Both the position numbers and the translations under genes were made by a program. A stretch of 62,651 nucleotides of DNA from Bacillota bacterium (GTDB lineage Bacteria > Bacillota > Dethiobacteria > DTU022): the NCBI GenBank assembly GCA_012840855.1, contig DUVX01000150.1, forward strand, positions 1 to 62,651. The letters are read 5' to 3'. Shown here piece after piece: positions 57,722 to 62,651 of the stretch; position 1 is the first letter of the stretch; every line of letters starts with the position of its first letter. The notes below the pieces were generated by a model. That model was given only the letters and a program-made list of their open reading frames with translations, ran no database searches and was not told the DNA's origin.

Positions 57722-60478
57722 CTAGGATGATTCTTCTCCCCTGTTCACGCGCCGCTCATAGAGCCGGTTTGTGATCGCTTTACATATCTCACCAAGCAAG
57801 AGTGGGGTCATCGAAAGGGCAGCGACGTAAAGCCAACCCTCTCTACCGAGCGGGACTGCGTGGAAGATGGCAGCGGCGGGTGGAACCAAAAGGATGGCCA
57901 GCTGCAGCGCGCCGGAGATAAAGACGGCTCCCAGCAGCGGCCGGTTGCCGAAAAGCTGGGGGCCGATCACAGAGCGATGCAGCGAGCGAAAGTTGAAAAC
58001 ATGGACCAGCTGGCATAAAGCGAGGGTGGCGAAGGCCATGGTCCGCCCTTTTTCGACGGATTCGCCGGCGCCAATAGAGAAGGCGGTTAGGGTGATCAGG
58101 CCGATAATGAGGCCGAAAAGGACGATGGTGCCTAGAGAGCGGCGGCTGAAAAGGCCGCTTCCGGGGCTGCGCGGTGGCCGGTGCATTGTATTGCTTTCCT
58201 GTGGATCGACCCCCAGGGCGAGCGCCGGCAGACTGTCGGTGATCAGGTTGATCCAGAGAATCTGCAGCGGCAGCAGCGGCAGCGGCCAACCCAAAAGGAT
58301 CGCAGCGAGGACGGTAAAGATCTCGCCAGCGTTGCAGGAGAGCAAGAAAACTACCGCTTTCTTGATATTTTCATAGATAACCCGCCCCTCTTCGACAGCC
58401 CGTACGATGGTGGCAAAATTATCATCAGCCAGGACCATCTCGGAAGCTTCTTTGGCTACGGCAGTACCGGCCCGGCCCATGGCGATGCCGATATCGGCCC
58501 GCTTCAGGGCGGGAGCATCATTGACCCCGTCGCCTGTCATCGCTGCGCACTCACCTTTTTCTTTCAGTGCCTGAACGATGCGCACTTTCTGCTCCGGTGC
58601 CACACGGGCAAAAACTTTGAGATCTTTGATCCTCCCCGACAGTTCCTTGTCATTGAGCTGCTCGATCTCCCGTCCGCTGATGAGCTCTGCACTATCAGAA
58701 GCCAACCCCAGTTCCCTAGCGATAGCCAACGCCGTCGCCGCATGGTCGCCGGTGATCATCTTCACGGCGATGCCCGCATCGAGGCAGGTTTTGATCGCTG
58801 ACTTGGCTTCTGGACGCGGCGGATCGATCATCCCCATGAAACCGGCAAAGATGAGCCCCTGTTCGTCCTCCTCTGCAGCATGGTTGCTGTCTTCCGGAAG
58901 GGGACGGAAAGCAAAGCCGAGAACTCGCAGAGCGCTGCTCGCCATCTTCTGATGGCGCGAGAGCAGCTCTTCTTTTTTGGAAGCGGTCAGCTCTTGCGGC
59001 CCTGTGGACGTAAGCAGATAGCGGCAGCGCTCCATGATCAGATCGGGAGCTCCCTTTACCAGGAGCCAGCGGCGGTCTCCTTCCAGCTCTGGCCAGGGCA
59101 GATCGAGATCGCCGCGATGGACCGTGCTCATTATCTTGCGTGTTGAATCAAAGGGATGTTCGTCTACCCGCGGCAGTAGCGTCCTGAGTTGCTCGCCGTG
59201 GAGCCCTGCTTTTGCAGCGACGGCGATGAGCGCTCCTTCGGTGGGATCGCCGATCACCCTCAGCCGTCCTTCCTCTTCCGCCAGGCGGCTGTCATTATTC
59301 AAGAGGCCGATCGTGAGAAGAAGGCGCAGGCGCCGATCCTGATGCGGTTTGATATTCCGCTCTTCCTGCAAGAATTCTCCCTGGCCCTTGTAGCCCTCAC
59401 CGGTGACGCTGATTGTACCGCCGCCGTAATCAATCTGCCGTACAGTCATCTCGTTTTGCGTTAATGTTCCCGTCTTATCCGAGCAGATCACCGTGGCAGC
59501 ACCCAGCGTCTCCACCGCCGGCAATTTGCGGATAATGGCCCGCTGCCGGGCCATACGCTGTACCCCCAGGGCCAAAACAATGGTGATAATGGCCGGCAGC
59601 CCTTCGGGGATGGCGGCTACAGCCAGGCTAACCGAGGTAAGAAACATCTGCAAAAGATCATGCCCTCGTAGCACGCCTAGGGCAAAGATAAGGGCGCAGA
59701 GGAAGACAGCGAGCAGCCCCAGCTGGCGGCCGAAGCGGTCGAGATTTTTCTGCAGCGGTGTTTTTTCCAGCGGGGCTGCCTGGATCATCCCGGCAATACG
59801 ACCGATCTCCGTATCCATCCCTATAGCGGTGACCATGGCCCGTCCTCTTCCGCCGGTTATAATTGTCCCCCGGTGAACCATATTGTTACGCTCGGCGGGC
59901 GCCAATGCAGCCGGGGCGGGGTCAGGATTCTTTTCGACAGGAACCGATTCGCCGGTCAGGGCCGATTGATCGACGGTAAGGCAGGCCGCTTCGATCAAGC
60001 GGGCGTCTGCCGGGCTGAAATCACCCGGCTCGAGCAGGATCAGATCGCCCGGTACCAGTTCGCGGGCCGGCATCTCGAAAAAGGCGCCCTCACGGATCAC
60101 CTTCGCTGTGGGTGCGCTCAGGGATTTCAGGGCAAGAAGTGATTTTTCAGCCTTGTATTCCTGGACTACCCCCAGGATAGCATTGAGCAGAACCACGGCC
60201 AGTATAACGACGGCATCGGTTGTCTCACCGATGGCCAGCGATACCGCAGCTGCGGCGATGAGCAAAACAATTAGAAATTCCTTGAACTGCGTCAGAAGCA
60301 GCCCCCAGAGGGTGATCCCTTTCTTTTCCTCCAGTTCATTGGGGCCGTACTGTTTTTGCAACTGCTTCACCTGGACCAGGTTCAGGCCGCTGTTGCGATC
60401 AGAGTTCAGCGCTTCCGCTGTGCGTTCAGCGCTCAGGGTGTGCCATGTATTTTCCAAAGGTTGTCCCCTTCCAGTCAA
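57722..60478 (-). CDS. P-type (type II, 'Ca2+-ATPase-like') cation-transporting ATPase; probably Mn2+/Ca2+ efflux given its leader
   Basis: CSDKTGTLT, PEGLP (TM4), TGDHAATA, MTGDGVNDAPALK. Start is TTG 60478, or TTG 60457 after GGAAGGGGA. Confidence 0.9.
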   Translation of the reverse strand: MTGRGQPLENTWHTLSAERTAEALNSDRNSGLNLVQVKQLQKQYGPNELEEKKGITLWGLLLTQFKEFLIVLLIAAAAVSLAIGETTDAVVILAVVLLNAILGVVQEYKAEKSLLALKSLSAPTAKVIREGAFFEMPARELVPGDLILLEPGDFSPADARLIEAACLTVDQSALTGESVPVEKNPDPAPAALAPAERNNMVHRGTIITGGRGRAMVTAIGMDTEIGRIAGMIQAAPLEKTPLQKNLDRFGRQLGLLAVFLCALIFALGVLRGHDLLQMFLTSVSLAVAAIPEGLPAIITIVLALGVQRMARQRAIIRKLPAVETLGAATVICSDKTGTLTQNEMTVRQIDYGGGTISVTGEGYKGQGEFLQEERNIKPHQDRRLRLLLTIGLLNNDSRLAEEEGRLRVIGDPTEGALIAVAAKAGLHGEQLRTLLPRVDEHPFDSTRKIMSTVHRGDLDLPWPELEGDRRWLLVKGAPDLIMERCRYLLTSTGPQELTASKKEELLSRHQKMASSALRVLGFAFRPLPEDSNHAAEEDEQGLIFAGFMGMIDPPRPEAKSAIKTCLDAGIAVKMITGDHAATALAIARELGLASDSAELISGREIEQLNDKELSGRIKDLKVFARVAPEQKVRIVQALKEKGECAAMTGDGVNDAPALKRADIGIAMGRAGTAVAKEASEMVLADDNFATIVRAVEEGRVIYENIKKAVVFLLSCNAGEIFTVLAAILLGWPLPLLPLQILWINLITDSLPALALGVDPQESNTMHRPPRSPGSGLFSRRSLGTIVLFGLIIGLITLTAFSIGAGESVEKGRTMAFATLALCQLVHVFNFRSLHRSVIGPQLFGNRPLLGAVFISGALQLAILLVPPAAAIFHAVPLGREGWLYVAALSMTPLLLGEICKAITNRLYERRVNRGEESS

Positions 60479-60494
60479 ATTATAACCCCCATGA

Positions 60495-60532
60495 TAAATA
60501 AAAAACCTTTAACATGAACCCATGTTAAAGGT
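60495..60532 (-). terminator. intrinsic terminator forming the riboswitch expression platform
   Basis: On the minus strand, ACCTTTAACATG-ggtt-CATGTTAAAGGT (perfect 12 bp) followed by TTTTTATTTA, ending about 16 nt before the ATPase start. Confidence 0.8.
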
Positions 60533-60624
60533 CTCGCTGCTTGCGGATAGCAAGTGGTGGACCAGGTATTGCTACCGTGATGTTGATCCACCGGACAGGT
60601 AAACCTGCCAGTTACTCCCCTTTG
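60527..60624 (-). promoter_or_regulatory. yybP-ykoY (Mn2+) riboswitch aptamer
   Basis: The minus strand reads CAAAGGGGAGTAAC-[GGCAGGT tt ACCTGTC]-[GGTGGATC...GGTCCACC]-[CTTGC tatcc GCAAG]-CAGCGAGACCTTT. The conserved AAAGGGGAGUA and GAGACCUUU blocks and the four-helix layout match the family as I know it. Confidence 0.8.
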
Positions 60625-60630
60625 GCCCCC

Positions 60631-60659
60631 ATTATAGCTTCCTGCCGCGTTGCAGTCAA
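60631..60659 (-). promoter_or_regulatory. near-consensus sigma-A promoter of the riboswitch-ATPase transcript
   Basis: On the minus strand, TTGACT (60659-60654), a 17-nt spacer, then TATAAT (60636-60631). The predicted TSS is a few nt before the aptamer. Confidence 0.7.
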
Positions 60660-60691
60660 GCAGTTGATAACCTGTTGCACTGGAATGGTAA

Positions 60692-60710
60692 GGGCGAACA
60701 GAGTTCGCCC
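60692..60710 (-). terminator. stem-loop after the yhhN-like gene (weak terminator)
   Basis: GGGCGAAC-tct-GTTCGCCC lies 11 nt after the stop. The tail TTACCATT is only partly U-rich. Confidence 0.4.
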
Positions 60711-60720
60711 GCCATCTGCC

Positions 60721-61401
60721 CTAAAGGTGCGAGCCCAGCCAGGCACCGTAGAGAATTCCCATTTGGGCGGGGATATAGGTCAGCCAGATCCAGAGGTGAG
60801 GCCTGATCATCGCCAGCCCTCCGAAATCGGTGATCCCGATGATCGTGTCGGAGATGAAGAAAAGGAACGCCCCTACTAGGATCATCCACCACCAGCCGGC
60901 CAGCTGCAGGGCGGTGATGAAAGCAAAACAGAGCATCGTTCCCAGCAGTAAAGAATAGATCAGAGCCCCCAAATTCAAAGCCGATTTCTTTTCCGGGTTG
61001 CGTATAAAAAACCACCAACTTATAATTATGGCCAGCCAAAAGGCGGCGAGAATCAAGCCTGCATATAGCGATAGACCTGTCTCTAGCAAGGTATAAAAGG
61101 CGGCGATGTAAAGGATTTGGGCCGGTGCGAAAGCGAGCATCCCGCCGATACGGGGATTTTTAAGCGGAATCACTCCCGCATTAAACAGATCACCTATAAA
61201 AGAAAAGATCATTCCGAGGAGCAGCAGGTTGCCGGTTATGTTGCGCAGCGACAGAGAGATGAGCAATGCAGTTAAAACCAGAGATAAGCTGAGAATAATT
61301 CTGATTATAAGAGGAAGGCGGATTTTTTTAGGATCATCAGAGACTATCTGGCGGCCCTGATTAAGGCCCCACCCCAGTAACAAGAGTTGTCCTAAAGCCA
61401 A
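60721..61401 (-). CDS. YhhN-like (TMEM86/lysoplasmalogenase-family) polytopic membrane protein; true start possibly ATC 61422
   Basis: About 7 TM segments. ...FSFIGDLF... and ...FFISDTIIG... resemble YhhN family motifs (tentative). The AAGGAGG SD lies 29 nt from TTG 61401 but 8 nt from in-frame ATC 61422. Confidence 0.65.
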   Translation of the reverse strand: MALGQLLLLGWGLNQGRQIVSDDPKKIRLPLIIRIILSLSLVLTALLISLSLRNITGNLLLLGMIFSFIGDLFNAGVIPLKNPRIGGMLAFAPAQILYIAAFYTLLETGLSLYAGLILAAFWLAIIISWWFFIRNPEKKSALNLGALIYSLLLGTMLCFAFITALQLAGWWWMILVGAFLFFISDTIIGITDFGGLAMIRPHLWIWLTYIPAQMGILYGAWLGSHL

Positions 61402-61545
61402 AACCGATAATATGACGGGGATAGTAGTGACCTCCTTTTGTGCTGAATAATCTATAATTCAAAGCAATTATATATATAACATACAAAGGGGAAATAAGCC
61501 AACTTTATGGCGAGCAGAGCCATTGCCTTTTTTAACCTTTTAGTC

Positions 61546-61575
61546 TTGACGGTGCACCCGGCCCGGTGCTATGAT
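61546..61575 (+). promoter_or_regulatory. candidate sigma-A promoter of smpB
   Basis: TTGACG, an 18-nt spacer, then (TGc)TATGAT. Confidence 0.5.
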
Positions 61576-61659
61576 TCAGATGCTAAGTAGTGGAATGTAC
61601 TGCTTATAAAGCCTGTTTTGCTTTCCGAGAGCGTTATTTATAAGGAAGGAACCGGGTTC

Positions 61660-62118
61660 ATGGAGAAATTGGTCAGCCGCAATCGCAAGGCTTTTCATGA
61701 TTACCATATTGAGGAGACCTATGAAGCAGGAATTGTGCTTCAGGGAACCGAGGTGAAATCTGTGCGTGGAGCAAGGGTGAACCTCAGGGACAGCTATGCC
61801 CGGGTTGAAGGGGGCGAGCTTTACCTCTTTAATATGCACATCAGCCCTTATGATCCCGGGAATCGCTACAACCACGATCCGCGACGTACCCGGAAGCTAC
61901 TGATGCACAAAGCGGAGATCGGCCGCCTTGCCGGCAAGGTCCAGGAAAAGGGTTATACCCTTATTCCGCTTAAAATATATCTCAAGCGGGGCCTGGTCAA
62001 GGTGGAACTGGGCCTGGCCCGGGGGAAGCGACTTTATGATAAACGGCGCTCAATTGCCGAGCGCGATCAGCGGCGCGAAATGGAACGCGCCCATAAGGAA
62101 AGGCTGCAAAATAGTTAA
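61660..62118 (+). CDS. smpB: SsrA-binding protein SmpB
   Basis: ...[27 protein letters not shown]..., ...RKLLMHK... ATG 61660 lies after AAGGAAGGAA. Confidence 0.92.
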   Translation: MEKLVSRNRKAFHDYHIEETYEAGIVLQGTEVKSVRGARVNLRDSYARVEGGELYLFNMHISPYDPGNRYNHDPRRTRKLLMHKAEIGRLAGKVQEKGYTLIPLKIYLKRGLVKVELGLARGKRLYDKRRSIAERDQRREMERAHKERLQNS

Positions 62119-62258
62119 ACCATCAGCCGTCGGTCTGCCAACCGGTGAAAGCAGCCGGTTAGTGCGTCTGTGGCGCGCAAAGTTGCAATTATATGGAAAT
62201 AGGGGTTTATCTTTGAGCACCTTTCGGTTATAATATAATGTGAGCCCATTAAATTCGT

Positions 62259-62609
62259 GGGGGCGTAAGGATTCGACGGGGGTTATGGAGACAGGAGCGG
62301 CAGGTTCGGGACCATGGCCCGGTAAAAACATGGAACGGCTATAAACGCCAACGATAATCTAGCCTACGCTGCTTAAATAAGCAGCGCGTCCCTTCCCTTC
62401 CTGACCGGGGGTGGGAGTAGGGGCGTCGACAAACCGGCCTACCGCTGCAAGCGGTCGCTCCACCGCTGCAGGGGGAAATACAACGGAGACGGCAGCACAG
62501 GATCCCGCTCCGGGGAGCCGGTGCTGCGAGAACAAATCCGGAGCTAAGCCTGTAGAAGCCTCTGTAAACTAGCCTTCGGACGCGGGTTCGATTCCCGCCG
62601 CCTCCACCA
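62259..62609 (+). ncRNA. ssrA: tmRNA (SsrA), tag ORF 62347-62376 encoding ANDNLAYAA
   Basis: 5' GGGGGCGTAAGGATTCGACGGGG. 3' tRNA-like end GGACGCGGGTTCGATTCCCGCCGCCTCCACCA. Resume codon GCC follows ...CTATAAAC. The stop TAA sits in the hairpin GCTGCTTA-aa-TAAGCAGC. It lies directly downstream of smpB. Confidence 0.9.
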
Positions 62610-62651
62610 AATCAAATACCATCTTTTGGTAAAAGAAATTTTGTCAGCAGG

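Noticed and set aside
60695-60707. CGAAC-aga-GTTCG, resembling a Gram-positive LexA (Cheo) box
   Set aside because: The spacer is 3 nt rather than 4. It lies right after a stop codon within an 8-bp GC stem, so it is better read as a terminator hairpin.
60541-60879. 112-aa + strand ORF spanning the ATPase leader
   Set aside because: It overlaps the minus-strand promoter, riboswitch and yhhN-like 3' end. The region is better explained as a structured RNA leader.

Overview
This is a 62.65-kb, GC-rich (roughly 60% by eye) core-chromosome segment of an endospore-forming Firmicute, Clostridia-like (spoIID, a spoIIQ-like gene, spoIIID and whiA are present). It holds about 58 protein genes, nearly all on the + strand and tightly packed or translationally coupled. 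It also holds tRNA-Thr(CGU), tmRNA, a SAM-I riboswitch and a yybP-ykoY (Mn2+) riboswitch. Gene order is a compressed version of the B. subtilis ywlC...ssrA neighbourhoods: tsaC-ywlE-rpiB-glyA-dCMP deaminase | secreted protein-murA-spoIID-spoIIQ-like-spoIIID-mbl-PHP | DMT (minus) | gap-cupin PGI | COG1900/NIL-ferredoxin/COG2122 homocysteine cluster | tRNA-Thr | unlisted 55-aa ORF | MoxR-VWA(CoxE-like)-CooC-like-PRTase | SAM riboswitch-metK | recD2-comFC | hpf-unknown-secA-prfB(+1 frameshift)-yitT | ftsE-ftsX-M23-ctp-PDZ-UPF0016 | uvrB-uvrA-uvrC | HAD-rapZ-whiA | rpoN | pgk-tpiA-gpmI-eno-secG | HDIG-rnr-nitroreductase | (minus) yhhN-like and a riboswitch-controlled P-type ATPase | smpB-ssrA. I saw no transposases, integrases, CRISPR arrays or long repeats, and no obvious defence island. 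The most interesting items are: (1) an unannotated Mn2+ riboswitch, consensus promoter and terminator driving a 'Ca2+-type' P-type ATPase; (2) an archaeal-style sulfide-dependent homocysteine cluster; (3) an orphan MoxR-VWA-CooC-like operon with its own promoter and palindromic operator; (4) a perfect WalR box upstream of ftsEX-M23; (5) an uncharacterised 374-aa gene wedged between hpf and secA; (6) two membrane-protein genes whose family-conserved N-termini are only reachable from non-canonical (ATC/CTG) starts. The many long ORFs antisense to real genes in the track are GC-driven shadow ORFs. All calls rest on motif recognition, synteny and hand folding; no searches were run.
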